Shown: positions 41,857 through 53,016, counted from the first letter of the stretch. The stretch: 64,000 nucleotides of DNA from an uncultured delta proteobacterium (GCA_963708295.1 CAVPSJ010000017.1:512001-576000), one strand, 5' to 3'. Translations and numbers: made by a program. The notes: generated by a model from the letters alone, not told the origin.

Positions 41857-42255
41857 AGAGAATAAGATTGTAAATAGATGATTTATTTATATTTTTCTAT
41901 GATTTTTAACTTTTTGAGAAAGAAAAAGGCAATTTTTTGTCAAAATGTGAGAATTTTTTGACCATCGAAAGCAGAATCTGTCCGAGGCTTTTTCGATCTC
42001 CAAAGGTTCCAATGGCCTGGTTTTCTGCGCATCTCCATGGATCGCCGTTGAAAGCTATTCTGACTTGACCTTACCTTGCGAGTATCCAGTTGAAAGTGAT
42101 ATAAATAATTGCTCTCGAAAGATGAAAATCCCCATCGATCCCCCTTTTGCCTGCCTCCAGCAGGGAAATGACGCAAACGGGGGGAATTAGTCCTCCCTTT
42201 AGCAAAAGGGAGGAGAGGAGGGATTTGGAGAAGTTATTCCCAGGACGATTGGAAC

Positions 42256-43500
42256 ATGGAATCAAAACGAGTAGCCATCACAGGATTAGGAGTATTCTGC
42301 TCTATTGGGAAAAATGGAGAGGAGTTTCTTCGATCCCTGAAACGTGGTCAGTCGGGTATCGGGACAATCACCCTGTTTGATACCTCGAAATACCCATGCA
42401 AAATCGGAGCAGAGATCAGAGATTATCGACCGGAAGAATTCTTCGCGAAAAAAGAACTGAAAAAGCTTTCCAGGGCGGATCAGTTTGGCCTCCTCGCTTC
42501 GGAAGAGGCAGTGAAAGCCTCCGGGATTCATTCTTATCCTCCTGAAGAAGTGGGGGTTTGCTTGGGTGCGGGCGCAGGGGGAATGTTTGAAGCAGAGACC
42601 TATCACCGGGAAGTTCTTATTAAAGGAAAATCCAAACCTTCCCTTTTGTGGCCGTTTATACCCAGCTATACCACCGATCGAATCGCGGAAAGGTTTGGAT
42701 TTTCGGGTTCAAAGTTTACGGTGACCACGGCATGCAGTTCATCGGCCACGGCCATAGGCTATGGAGCCGATCTTATTCAAAGCGGGAAATGCAAAGTTGC
42801 TGTCTGTGGAGGAAGTGAAGCTCTGACGGAGCTCACCTTTGGTGGCTTTAGTTCCTTGAAGGCGGTAGATCCTTCTCCCTGTAGGCCCTTCGATCGAAAG
42901 AGGGCGGGGATGTCATTGGGCGAAGGCGCGGGCATCCTCATTTTAGAAGATTTGGACGAGGCGGAGAAAAGAGGCGCCAAAATCTTAGCTGAATTCTTGG
43001 GGTATGGAATCGGAGGAGAAGCTTATCACATTACGGCCCCGGAACCCACGGGAATGAACGAGGCCCGTATTATGAAGGAAGCACTCGAGGAAAGTGGGTT
43101 TGCCCCTACAGATGTGGATTATATTAATGCCCATGGGACCGGCACGCCGCTCAACGACAAAGTCGAAACGCTTTCCATCAAAAATGCTTTTGGCAAGAGG
43201 GCCTATTCCATTCCCGTCAGCTCCATTAAATCATCGGTGGGTCATTGTCTGGGGGCTGCAGGAGCAATAGAAGCGATCGCGTCCGTCCTCTCTGTCGTCT
43301 ATCAATTTATCCCTCCTACTCTCAATCACCAGGAGGGAGACGAAGAGTGCGATCTGGATTATGTTCGGGGAAAGGCTCGTGAGAAGGAAGTCAACGTCGT
43401 CCTCTCAAACTCCTTCGCCTTCGGTGGCAACTGCACCGCCCTGGTCTTGGGGAAAGCTCGTCCAAAGAAAACCTTGCCATTTTCATCACCCCAGAAATGA
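42256..43500 (+). CDS. fabF: Beta-ketoacyl-ACP synthase II (catalytically intact)
   Basis: TTACSSS, NAHGTGT, KSSVGH, SNSFAFGG. Confidence 0.93.
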   Translation: MESKRVAITGLGVFCSIGKNGEEFLRSLKRGQSGIGTITLFDTSKYPCKIGAEIRDYRPEEFFAKKELKKLSRADQFGLLASEEAVKASGIHSYPPEEVGVCLGAGAGGMFEAETYHREVLIKGKSKPSLLWPFIPSYTTDRIAERFGFSGSKFTVTTACSSSATAIGYGADLIQSGKCKVAVCGGSEALTELTFGGFSSLKAVDPSPCRPFDRKRAGMSLGEGAGILILEDLDEAEKRGAKILAEFLGYGIGGEAYHITAPEPTGMNEARIMKEALEESGFAPTDVDYINAHGTGTPLNDKVETLSIKNAFGKRAYSIPVSSIKSSVGHCLGAAGAIEAIASVLSVVYQFIPPTLNHQEGDEECDLDYVRGKAREKEVNVVLSNSFAFGGNCTALVLGKARPKKTLPFSSPQK

Positions 43501-43524
43501 TAAACTGAATTTGTTGCAGACATC

Positions 43525-44703
43525 GTGGAACAAGCTAAGAATCGAAATCTCATTTTTATCTCGCTCTCCCAGTTCGGCATGGCCTCCTCTGTGAACTTCA
43601 TCACGGTGATGCTGCCCTTCTATGTCTTGAAAATTAGCCCTTATTCACCCCAGGAGACACTGATATGGATTGGGTGGATCATGGGGGCATCTGGTATTGT
43701 CATCATTTTCGCATCGAACTTCTGGGGCATGCTCACATCCCGCTTCAGTCCTAAATTGCTTTACATGAGGGGGCTCCTTGCCAATCTCGTGCTCTTCTTC
43801 TTAATGGGATTCACTTCAGACCTCCGTGTCCTGCTTCGTCCTAGGATACTGCAGGGGGTATTTGGAGGGATCTCCACCGTGGGGCTCCTTATCATTTCCG
43901 CTTCTTCATCGCAAGAAAAGATTTCTTCGGATATCGGTTTCTTCCAAACCTTCCAAACATTGGGTTTTCTGGCGGGACCTCCGATGGGAGCGTTTGCTGC
44001 ATCGGTATTCGGTTATCGGGGCGCCTTCGTGAGCGCTTCGTTCATTCTCTTTGTCGTTCTGGTTTTCTGTCAACTTTACGTGAAGGACATTCCTCTTCAA
44101 CAAGAAAAAGAGAGCTTCTTCGGGCGGAGTAATATAAATCGGCAAACGGTCATGGGATGGTTACTCTCTTTTATGGTGATGGTTCAATTAATGTTCTTGC
44201 CGAGCATCCTTCCCAATGTTCTTGAAAGATTCGACCTGGGAAAAAGTGTTGCCCTAGAATGGGCCGGGTTGGTGATCATGTTTTACACCGGCACGGCGAC
44301 TTTCAGCACCTATTTTTGGCCTAAGTTTTCTCGAAGAGTAGGAATCAAGAAAATGATTCTCTTGATCGTTCTGCTGGGGTCTGTTTTCCAAGCCTTACTC
44401 TCTTTCAGCAGGGGGACCATGGACTTCATCGTCATCCGGATGATTCAGACCGGGCTGATCGCGGGCGCCATTCCGTTGGTGATCTCAATTTTTGCGGTAC
44501 GGCAGAAGGGGAACGTCATCGGTTTTTTGAATTCCGGGAGATTTGCGGGAACCGCATTAGGACCCATTATGGCTACCTCTGTCCTGGCCATTTCTAATTT
44601 GCCAACCCTCTATCTGTTGATCAGTGGATTGACCTTGCTGGCTTTGTTTGCTTTCAACTTCTCATTGAAGGTTGGAGGGCAGGAGGTCATTTCATCGGGA
44701 TGA
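43525..44703 (+). CDS. MFS transporter
   Basis: About 12 hydrophobic segments, RILQGVFGG. Confidence 0.85.
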   Translation: MEQAKNRNLIFISLSQFGMASSVNFITVMLPFYVLKISPYSPQETLIWIGWIMGASGIVIIFASNFWGMLTSRFSPKLLYMRGLLANLVLFFLMGFTSDLRVLLRPRILQGVFGGISTVGLLIISASSSQEKISSDIGFFQTFQTLGFLAGPPMGAFAASVFGYRGAFVSASFILFVVLVFCQLYVKDIPLQQEKESFFGRSNINRQTVMGWLLSFMVMVQLMFLPSILPNVLERFDLGKSVALEWAGLVIMFYTGTATFSTYFWPKFSRRVGIKKMILLIVLLGSVFQALLSFSRGTMDFIVIRMIQTGLIAGAIPLVISIFAVRQKGNVIGFLNSGRFAGTALGPIMATSVLAISNLPTLYLLISGLTLLALFAFNFSLKVGGQEVISSG

Positions 44704-45131
44704 GACGGTGTAAGAAGCTGGGGAGAAGTTCGAGAGCCTGGCCGGAGGGTGATGGCAAGAGAAGGATCGATGCCATCGTTGAGACCATTGAAAAATTCGA
44801 AAAGTTGGATGATATTAGGACACTGACACGGCTTCTTGAATAAAAGGCTGATTCCATACAAAATGATTAGAGGGGAGAGTTGAAAAGACCTGTGATCCTT
44901 CAGGCCATGCGAAGGAAGAGCACTTTTAGATGCACGATCATGCGGGGAGGGACAGCAGGGGATCTTTCTTAGGCGGAGGATCTTCCAAAGATCCTCCGCT
45001 GAGGACCGAATTGTCCCGGCGATCTTTGGAAGTCCTGACATCCGCCAGACCGATGGTCGGGGGGTGCGGATTCAATGATCCGCTGAAAGACAAAACAAAA
45101 AAAGGAATGGACACGGGAGGAGTGAAATAGG

Positions 45132-47070
45132 ATGGGAAAGAATCTCGTTGAGAAAATTCTGGACACGCATTTAATATCAGGTCAGATTCGCCAGGGGCAG
45201 ACCATCGCGATCTCCATCGATCAAACCTTGATCCAAGATGCCACAGGGACGATGGCTGCCTTACAGTTCGAAGCCCTGTCCATTCCCAGGGTCAAAACCA
45301 AGCTCTCCGTGGCCTATATAGACCATAACACCCTCCAGCTGGGTTTCGAAAATGCCGACGACCATCTTTACCTCCAGAGTTTTGCAGCGAAGTATGGGCT
45401 CTACTTTTCAAGAGCCGGGAAACGGGATTTGTCACCAGGTTCATCTAGAAAGGTTTGCTCTCCCGGGGCAAACCCTTTTGGGAGCGGACAGTCATACTCC
45501 AACCTGCGGAGGAATGGGAATGTTGAGTGTCGGGGTAGGGGGCTTGGATGTCGCATTGGCCATGGCAGGGGAGCCTTTTTACATCCGTGTGCCCAAGGTT
45601 GTCGGGGTGAACCTGGTGGGTCAACGGCCTCCCTGGGTGAGCGCAAAGGATATCATTCTTGAGATGCTTCGCCACTTCACCGTGAAAGGGGGAGTGGCAA
45701 AGGCTTTCGAATATGGTGGACCCGGGGTGAAGAGCTTAACCGTCCCGGAACGGGCGACCATCACCAATATGGGAGCGGAACTCGGAGCCACCACATCGAT
45801 TTTTCCGAGCGACGAGATGACCCGCACTTTCTTAAAGGCTCAGAAAAGAGAGAAAGGGTGGATTCCGCTGGGTCCTGATTCCGATGCAAGCTATGATGAG
45901 GTCTGGGAGATTGACCTGGGAAAGCTGGAACCCCTGATCGCGCAACCCCACAGTCCGGACCGTGTTCGCTCTGTGAGAGAAGTGGAGGGGCTTCGGGTAG
46001 ATCAGGTTGCCATCGGGAGCTGCACCAACTCATCCTACCAGGATATGATGACGGTGGCTTCGGTTCTAAAAGGGAAAACGATCTCTGCAAATGTCAGCCT
46101 CGTCATCTCGCCGGGCTCGAGACAGGTTCTCATGATGCTGGCTTCAAAGGGTGCTCTTTTAGATCTTCTCGATTCAGGGGCTCGAATTTTAGAAAGTACG
46201 TGCGGCCCGTGCATTGGGATGGGACAGGCTCCGTGCACGGATGGAGTTTCCCTCAGGACCTTTAACCGGAATTTTCAGGGGAGATCCGGAACCCAGAGCG
46301 CTCAAGTCTACCTGGTCAGCCCCGAGGTGGCTGCTGTTTCTGCACTCAAGGGAGTGATCACGGACCCTCGTAAACTGGGAAGTCCCCCTTCTATCGATTT
46401 GCCGGAAACTTATCCTGTCGAGGACAGCATGCTTATCCCTCCTCTATCAGCCGACAAAGGCGAGAAGGCGGAAACCATCCGGGGACCCAATATCAAGCCC
46501 GTTCCGTTGAAGGGACCTTTGCCGAAACAGTTGAAGGGCCGCGTTTTGATAAAAGTTGCAGACAATGCCACCACGGATGACATCATCCCGGCAGGAGCCA
46601 GGGTTCTTCCGCTCCGTTCAAATGTCCCCGCCATTTCTGAATATGTCTTTGAAAGACTGGATCCCTCGTTTGCCAAGAGAGCAAAAGAATCCAAAGGTGG
46701 GTTTATCGTTGCGGGACATAATTACGGTCAGGGGTCGAGTCGGGAACATGCTGCCTTATGCCCGATGTTTCTCGGAGTTCAGGCGGTGATCGCCCAGTCG
46801 TTTGCCCGAATCCATCTGGCGAACTTGATCAACTTCGGCATTCTTCCCTTGATCTTCAAAGAAGAAGGGGATTACCAGGTTTTGGAGCAGGGAGATGAGG
46901 TTGAGATCGCGGTCGGGGATCTGGGAGAAAAGGTCACCCTGGTCAACGTGACAAAGAAGAAGGAAATCCCGCTCATTCCCGTGTTGGATGAAAGAGAGAA
47001 GGTTCTCGTAAGAAGTGGAGGGGCATTGCCGTTTGTCAAAGGGAAAGGGTCGGGGTTATGGACAGATTAG
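45132..47070 (+). CDS. Aconitate hydratase (frameshift near 45418)
   Basis: QDATGT, GNGICHQ, DSHT, GSCTNS, CGPCIG, NYGQGSSRE. Confidence 0.92.
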
Positions 47071-47097
47071 TGAAATATCATCCGGAGGAAAAGGACA

Positions 47098-48312
47098 ATG
47101 GCCGACAAGATTGAGATTAGTTCAAACGGAAGTTTACAGGTTCCAGACGCTCCGGTGATTCCATACATCGAAGGCGATGGGGTGGGCCCGGATATTTGGA
47201 AAGCATCGGTCCGGGTCTTTGATGCAGCGATTCAGAAATCTTATAGAGGGAAGAAGAAGGTTCACTGGCTTGAAGTCTATGCAGGAGAGAAGGCATTCCA
47301 ACTGAAAAAAGAGTGGGCTCCTGACGAGACGATCGAGGCCATTCGAGAATATAAAGTGGGGATCAAAGGACCGTTGACCACTCCCGTCGGCGGAGGGATC
47401 CGAAGCGTTAATGTGCTTTTGCGACAGCGGCTCGACCTCTACGCCTGCATCCGACCCGTCAAGTACATCCCGGGGACACCCAGCCCGGTAAAGCATCCGG
47501 AGAAGATGGACATGGTGGTCTTCCGTGAGAACACGGAGGACGTGTATGCAGGGATCGAGTGGATGGCAGGGACAGAGGAGGCTTCAAGGGTCAGACTGTT
47601 TCTTGAGAGAGAGATGGGAAAGAAGATCAGGGAAGATTCCAGTATAGGAATTAAACCGATGAGTCGCTTCGGGACAAAACGCCTGGTCCGTATGGCCATT
47701 CAATATGCGCTTTCTCACGGCCGGAAGAGTGTCACCCTGGTTCATAAAGGAAACATCATGAAGTTTACCGAGGGGGCGTTTCGCGATTGGGGGTATGAGG
47801 TGGCCCGGGAGGAATTTCGAGATAAGATTCTCCTGGAGAGTGAGTTGGGTGAGAGGAAGATGACGAATCCCCCCAAGGGGAAGATCTTTCTAAAGGATCG
47901 AATTGCCGACGCCATGTTTCAACAAATCCTCCTGAGGCCTGAGGAGTATGATGTGCTTGCGATGCCAAATCTGAATGGAGATTATATGTCTGATGCCCTG
48001 GCAGCCCAGGTGGGAGGCCTGGGCATGGCCCCCGGGGGAAACATCGGAGATCGGGCCGCCGTTTTTGAAGCGACCCATGGGACAGCCCCCAAATATGCGG
48101 ACAGGGACATGATCAATCCGGGGTCCGTGATCCTTTCCGGGGCGATGATGTTTGACTATCTGGGTTGGCCGGAAGTGAGAAAAAAAATTGTGAAGGCCCT
48201 GGAGAAGACCATCTCAAAGAGGATTGTTACCTATGACCTTGCCCGGCAAATGAGGGGAGCCAGGAAGGTCAAATGTTCTGAATTTGCCTCTGCGATCATT
48301 GAAAACCTTTGA
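47098..48312 (+). CDS. icd: Isocitrate dehydrogenase (NADP)
   Basis: [32 protein letters not shown]. Confidence 0.96.
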   Translation: MADKIEISSNGSLQVPDAPVIPYIEGDGVGPDIWKASVRVFDAAIQKSYRGKKKVHWLEVYAGEKAFQLKKEWAPDETIEAIREYKVGIKGPLTTPVGGGIRSVNVLLRQRLDLYACIRPVKYIPGTPSPVKHPEKMDMVVFRENTEDVYAGIEWMAGTEEASRVRLFLEREMGKKIREDSSIGIKPMSRFGTKRLVRMAIQYALSHGRKSVTLVHKGNIMKFTEGAFRDWGYEVAREEFRDKILLESELGERKMTNPPKGKIFLKDRIADAMFQQILLRPEEYDVLAMPNLNGDYMSDALAAQVGGLGMAPGGNIGDRAAVFEATHGTAPKYADRDMINPGSVILSGAMMFDYLGWPEVRKKIVKALEKTISKRIVTYDLARQMRGARKVKCSEFASAIIENL

Positions 48313-48582
48313 CAACCCCTGCTTTTTTAAATTATTATCCCTAAACGAAGGGTCGATTATTCGGTCAACCCCGCTCTCCCCTCTTCATAAAGAGAAGCGA
48401 GGGTGTGTCTTGCCGTTAACGTAAAAAAGCTTTATATCTTGGGCTGCTCAAAAATGCCCCTGCCTTCGTGCAGGCAGGCAGATGCAAGTTGAGTCTGCGA
48501 AACCCGTTTACGAGGTCCCCCGAAATCCTTTGCGGGGAACGGTTTGAAACCGTTCCCTACGGATGTACACCGCAATAAGAGG

Positions 48583-48897
48583 ATGGCAGAGAAGAAGAAA
48601 AAGAAGGAGACGCCGAAGATAGACATCTTTAAGGCCTGGTGCAAGGCATGCGGGATTTGTGTGGCCTTCTGCCCGACCGGCGCCTTGGCCAAAGACGAGG
48701 CGGGCAATCCTTATGTGAAGGATATTGACAAATGTATCAATTGCGGATGGTGCGAGATCCGGTGCCCGGATTTTGCCATCACCGTGGAGACGAAAACCAT
48801 AGGGACAAAGAGGGTAGAAGTAAAAGGTGGAGAAGAGGAGTCGAAACCCAAAGAAGAAGACGTTTCGCCGGAAAGAATTGCTGCTTCAGGGGAATGA
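48583..48897 (+). CDS. korD: 2-oxoacid:ferredoxin oxidoreductase delta (2x[4Fe-4S])
   Basis: CKACGICVAFCP, CINCGWCEIRCP. Confidence 0.85.
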   Translation: MAEKKKKKETPKIDIFKAWCKACGICVAFCPTGALAKDEAGNPYVKDIDKCINCGWCEIRCPDFAITVETKTIGTKRVEVKGGEEESKPKEEDVSPERIAASGE

Positions 48898-49996
48898 AGC
48901 CGTGGTCGAGGGAGCCCTCCGGGCAGGCTGCCGCTTCTTCGCAGGTTATCCCATCACCCCAGCCACGGAGATCTCTGAAATCCTTTCCGTCAGACTTCCC
49001 CAGGTAGCCGGGACCTTTATCCAAATGGAGGATGAGATCGCGAGCCTGGGCGCGGTGATCGGTGCCTCTCTGGCAGGGGCGAAGTCGATGACCGCGACCA
49101 GTGGTCCAGGGTTTTCTCTGATGCAGGAGAACCTGGGTTTTGCGATCATCGCTGAAGTTCCCTGTGTCGTCGTCAATGTCATGCGGGGGGGACCCAGCAC
49201 CGGACTCCCGACCTTTCCTTCTCAAAGCGATGTGATGCAGGCACGATGGGGAACCCATGGCGATCATCCTGCGATTGTTCTTTCCGCTTCCACCGTCCGT
49301 GAATGTTATGACATGACGATCAAGTCGTTCAACTTCTCTGAAAAATTTCGGACGCCCGTTGTCCTCCTGATCGACGAAGTCGTCGCTCACATGCGGGAGA
49401 AGATCGTTCTTTCAGAGGAGGAAGAGGTCGAGACATTTGATCGGATTAAACCCACCGTTCCCCCGGAATGGTACATTCCCTATGAGGATACCCCGGGCGG
49501 TATTCCGGCCATGGCCAATTTCGGCGAGGGTTATCGATATCACGTGACGGGCCTCACCCATGACATTCGAGGTTTTCCCACATCGAGGGCCGATGAGATT
49601 GGACCCTTTATCGCGAGGCTCCATCGGAAGATCAGCCAGCATTTCGCAGAGATTCAGATGGCTGAATTTTTTCAAACAGAAGATGCTGAGATCACGATCG
49701 TCGCCTACGGATGTGTGGCCCGGTCCGCCAAGAGAGCGATGATTCAGGCGAGGGAGAAGGGGATCAAAGTAGGACATCTCAAGCTCGTGACCCTCTGGCC
49801 CTTTGTGCGATCCGCCGTTGAGAAGATCCTCCAGACCTCGAAAATCTTGGTTGTTCCCGAGATGAATATGGGGCAGCTCTCGAGAGAAGTCAAACGGGTG
49901 AGCCGGGGAGCCGCAAGGGTCTACGCTTTGAACAAAGTCGATGGGACGATCATTACTCCGGAAGAGATATTGAATCGAATCCTGGAGGTTTCCTGA
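48878..49996 (+). CDS. korA: 2-oxoacid:ferredoxin oxidoreductase alpha
   Basis: AGYPITP, QMEDE, TSGPG, RGGPSTG; start uncertain. Confidence 0.9.
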   Translation: MLLQGNEAVVEGALRAGCRFFAGYPITPATEISEILSVRLPQVAGTFIQMEDEIASLGAVIGASLAGAKSMTATSGPGFSLMQENLGFAIIAEVPCVVVNVMRGGPSTGLPTFPSQSDVMQARWGTHGDHPAIVLSASTVRECYDMTIKSFNFSEKFRTPVVLLIDEVVAHMREKIVLSEEEEVETFDRIKPTVPPEWYIPYEDTPGGIPAMANFGEGYRYHVTGLTHDIRGFPTSRADEIGPFIARLHRKISQHFAEIQMAEFFQTEDAEITIVAYGCVARSAKRAMIQAREKGIKVGHLKLVTLWPFVRSAVEKILQTSKILVVPEMNMGQLSREVKRVSRGAARVYALNKVDGTIITPEEILNRILEVS

Positions 49997-50832
49997 TGGC
50001 AGAGATTACCAAACTCATCCACAAATATCTTCGGCACGACAAGAAGTTTCCCCACGTCTGGTGCCCGGGCTGCGGAATCGGGATCATGTTAGGCGCCCTC
50101 ATCCGGGCCATCGATCGGGTGGGTTTCGAGAAGGATGAGATTGTTTTGGTCTCAGGCATCGGATGCTCGGGAAGACTTCCCGTCTACGTGGATTTTAACA
50201 CGCTGCATACCACCCACGGCCGCGCCCTCACCTTTGCGACGGGGGTGAAGCTGGCCAAACCCGGCCTGAAGGTTATTGTGATTATGGGGGATGGGGATGC
50301 CGTGGCCATCGGCGGGAATCATTTCATTCACGCCGCCCGGAGGAATATCGATGTGACGTCCATCATTCTCAACAACAGTATCTACGGGATGACGGGCGGG
50401 CAGTCCTCTCCGACGACCCCGTATGGCATGAGATCCTCAACGACGATTTATTCCAGTATCGAGCAGGCTTTCAAGATTTCGGAGTTAGCCATCACGGCGG
50501 GAGCGGTTTTTGTGGGGAGAGGAACCGTCTATCACGCCAAGCTTTTGGATAGCCTGATCGAGCAGGCATTATTGAAGCCGGGTTTTTCGACGGTCGAGGT
50601 GATCGCTCACTGCCACACCCAATACGGCAGGCAAAATCGTCTGGGGACGGCTGTCGAGATGATGGAGTGGCAGCGAGATCATGCCGTCGAGGCGAAGAAG
50701 GCCGCCACCATGAAACCCGAGGAGTTGAAGGAAAAGATCGTGATTGGAGTCCTGGTGGATAAGGAGCTTCCAGTCTATCAGGACGAGTATGAGAAGATTC
50801 GGGAGAGGGCGAAAGGAACGGTAGGGAGATAA
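49996..50832 (+). CDS. korB: 2-oxoacid:ferredoxin oxidoreductase beta
   Basis: WCPGCG, GIGCS, GDGD, YGMTGGQ. Confidence 0.92.
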   Translation: MAEITKLIHKYLRHDKKFPHVWCPGCGIGIMLGALIRAIDRVGFEKDEIVLVSGIGCSGRLPVYVDFNTLHTTHGRALTFATGVKLAKPGLKVIVIMGDGDAVAIGGNHFIHAARRNIDVTSIILNNSIYGMTGGQSSPTTPYGMRSSTTIYSSIEQAFKISELAITAGAVFVGRGTVYHAKLLDSLIEQALLKPGFSTVEVIAHCHTQYGRQNRLGTAVEMMEWQRDHAVEAKKAATMKPEELKEKIVIGVLVDKELPVYQDEYEKIRERAKGTVGR

Positions 50833-50937
50833 GGTGACAGGGTGATCGGGGGGTGGATTTTCCCCTAACTCCCCATCTCCCCATCACCCCATCGTGACCC
50901 AAAGGCCACATTCGGATATCTCCGTTTGGGAGTTAAA

Positions 50938-51540
50938 ATGGGTTCTCGGTATGAGATCCGTCTGAGCGGTTCAGGAGGCCAGGGGTTGATTTTGATGGGA
51001 ATCATCCTAGCCGAGGCGGTCGGAATTTATGACGGAAAATATGTTGCCCAGACTCAGAGTTACGGGCCGGAGGCAAGAGGGGGGTCGAGTAAATCGGAAG
51101 TCATCGTCAGCGACGAAGAGATCGATTATCCCAAAGTGATGAGCCTGGACCTCCTTCTGGCGATGAACCAAAGATCCTGCGATGAGTTTTATCCGGATCT
51201 TAAGCCGGAAGGTTTGCTCATCGTGGATTCTACTTTCGTCACTCAGGTCCCAAGTCCTAAAGCCTTCCAGATCCCATTCACGCGCATCGCACGAGAGAAA
51301 TTTAAACGGGAGGTCGTAGCGAATATTATCGCTCTGGGAGCCCTTTCCCAGTTGACTCCCATCGTCTCAGCAAGAGGTGTTGAATCTGCTGTCTTGGCGC
51401 GGGTCCCCAAGGGGACAGAAAAATTGAACCGTGAAGCATTGAGGGCAGGGATGAATGCCGCAAAACGGGCGAAGGAGGCTTGGATGAAATTGGAAGTGCC
51501 ACCGGAGATCCCTAAAGAAGACCTCTTAGATTCATATTAG
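50938..51540 (+). CDS. korC: 2-oxoacid:ferredoxin oxidoreductase gamma
   Basis: GSGGQG, SYGPEARGG. Confidence 0.92.
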   Translation: MGSRYEIRLSGSGGQGLILMGIILAEAVGIYDGKYVAQTQSYGPEARGGSSKSEVIVSDEEIDYPKVMSLDLLLAMNQRSCDEFYPDLKPEGLLIVDSTFVTQVPSPKAFQIPFTRIAREKFKREVVANIIALGALSQLTPIVSARGVESAVLARVPKGTEKLNREALRAGMNAAKRAKEAWMKLEVPPEIPKEDLLDSY

Positions 51541-51882
51541 CCGCTTCGTTTCTTGAGCGCATCGGGCTTGAAATTATTCAGCCAAGACAAGGGACTCAGG
51601 GATAATTTCAAATGACAAAGTTCGCACGAAGTGACGAACGAAGGTGAGTTAATTTCAAATGAGATCCAATTGACGAAGGTTCAAGTTTGGAATTTGACAT
51701 CCGGGCTTCATTTGGCATTTGGATTTTGACTGGCAAGTGCCCCGTCCCGCCAAAACAGGATAGGCGGGTGAAGGGGCACAACGAATAGGATGTTTCCTTT
51801 GCGCGCATTCTGCTCGCCACTGCGTGCCCGGGAAGCTCCGGCCTCTGGCCGTGGGGCTCAAATTTAACATGGGTTTGTAGCA

Positions 51883-52500
51883 ATGAAAAGAAATGACTTT
51901 GTGTACACCACAACTAAAAAGATGGCACAACGGGTCTTTTCCATTTTTTACCGGATCGAGACTGAGAAGAAAACGAACCTGCCGAATGATGGACCGATGA
52001 TCATTCTTCCCAAGCATCAATACTGGACCGATATCCCGATTGTCAGCCTTGCTTTCGAGTCCTTGCTTTACTTTGTAGCTAAGAAAGAGCTCTTCAAATA
52101 TCCATTGATTCGAGAGTTCCTGTCCCTCCTCGGCGGTCTCCCTGTGGACCGAAAGCAATCGATTCGAACCCTGGATTCTTTCAAGGTTCTTGTCTCTTTG
52201 TTGAGGGCCGGAGAGAGAATCGTCATCTTTCCGGAGGGAAAGTACATTCGAAACGGAGTCGGGTCAGGAAAGAGTCGGCTCCTTCAGATGATTTTGAAGT
52301 TCCAAACAGAGCTGGGATCTCCCATTCCGTTTATTCCCGTGGGTATCCGCTATGGAGAGAGATCGGGAGGCAGAAGGCGAGTCGAAGTGTGCATTGGGTC
52401 TCCCCTGTTTGCAGAAAGGGAATCCGATGCCATTCCTCTGACCCATCGGGCGATGGAAGAGATCAGTCATCTCTGTCGTTTACCTCGATATGAGACTTAG
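51883..52500 (+). CDS. Lysophospholipid acyltransferase (PlsC family)
   Basis: KHQYWTD, FVAKKEL, IFPEG. Confidence 0.85.
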   Translation: MKRNDFVYTTTKKMAQRVFSIFYRIETEKKTNLPNDGPMIILPKHQYWTDIPIVSLAFESLLYFVAKKELFKYPLIREFLSLLGGLPVDRKQSIRTLDSFKVLVSLLRAGERIVIFPEGKYIRNGVGSGKSRLLQMILKFQTELGSPIPFIPVGIRYGERSGGRRRVEVCIGSPLFAERESDAIPLTHRAMEEISHLCRLPRYET

Positions 52501-52545
52501 AATTGGCAAAAAGATTTTGTGGGAATTGATGGCCCACTTAGTTAT

Positions 52546-52736
52546 AAATACGAAGCACCTGCCTGCGCGTAGCCGCTTCGGCGAAGGCAGGCGAAATCCG
52601 GGCGAAGCATCCCGTTAGGGATCAATTCGAAACAAACTTGAATTTCCGAAATACAAAATTCTAAGCTTCTTAAATTTTGATTATTTGATCATTTTGAATT
52701 TGTTTCGGATTTCGATATTCGGATTTCGGATTTTTG
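52546..52736. repeat. 7-nt periodic imperfect inverted repeat with nested CCTGCC...GGCAGG hairpin
   Basis: aaatacgaagca[cctgcc..ggcagg]cgaaatcc ... tttcgatattcggatttcggattt. Confidence 0.7.
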
Positions 52737-52758
52737 ATCTTCTGAAAAGGAGGAAAGC

Positions 52759-53010
52759 ATGCCAAGACGGGAAAAGGATCGGGAACTGGCGAGGAGAAGG
52801 AAACGGAACAAGGAAAAAAAGAAGCTTCGGGCCAAAGAGCTTTCGAGATCGCATGCGGGTGCTGTAAAAGAAGAAAAGAAAAAGCCGGAGAAGGCACCTG
52901 TGAAGGCACCTGTCAAGGAACCTGTGAAGGAACCTGTGAAGGAACCTGTGAAGGAACCTGTGAAGGAACCCACCCAAGAGGGTGTAGAGAAACCCCCTTC
53001 GGAGACCTAA
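52759..53010 (+). CDS. Small basic protein with K(E/A)PV repeats
   Basis: RBS aggagg; MPRREKDRELARRRKR; 12-bp tandem repeat. Confidence 0.65.
   Translation: MPRREKDRELARRRKRNKEKKKLRAKELSRSHAGAVKEEKKKPEKAPVKAPVKEPVKEPVKEPVKEPVKEPTQEGVEKPPSET
52891..52970 (+). repeat. 12-bp tandem repeat AAGG(A/C)ACCTGTG, six full copies plus a partial
   Basis: Read directly from the sequence. Confidence 0.9.
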
Positions 53011-53016
53011 CAGAAA

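Noticed and set aside
52891-52970. Tandem repeat as a CRISPR array
   Set aside because: 12-bp units without spacers, in frame within an ORF; no cas genes and no CRISPR array seen in the window
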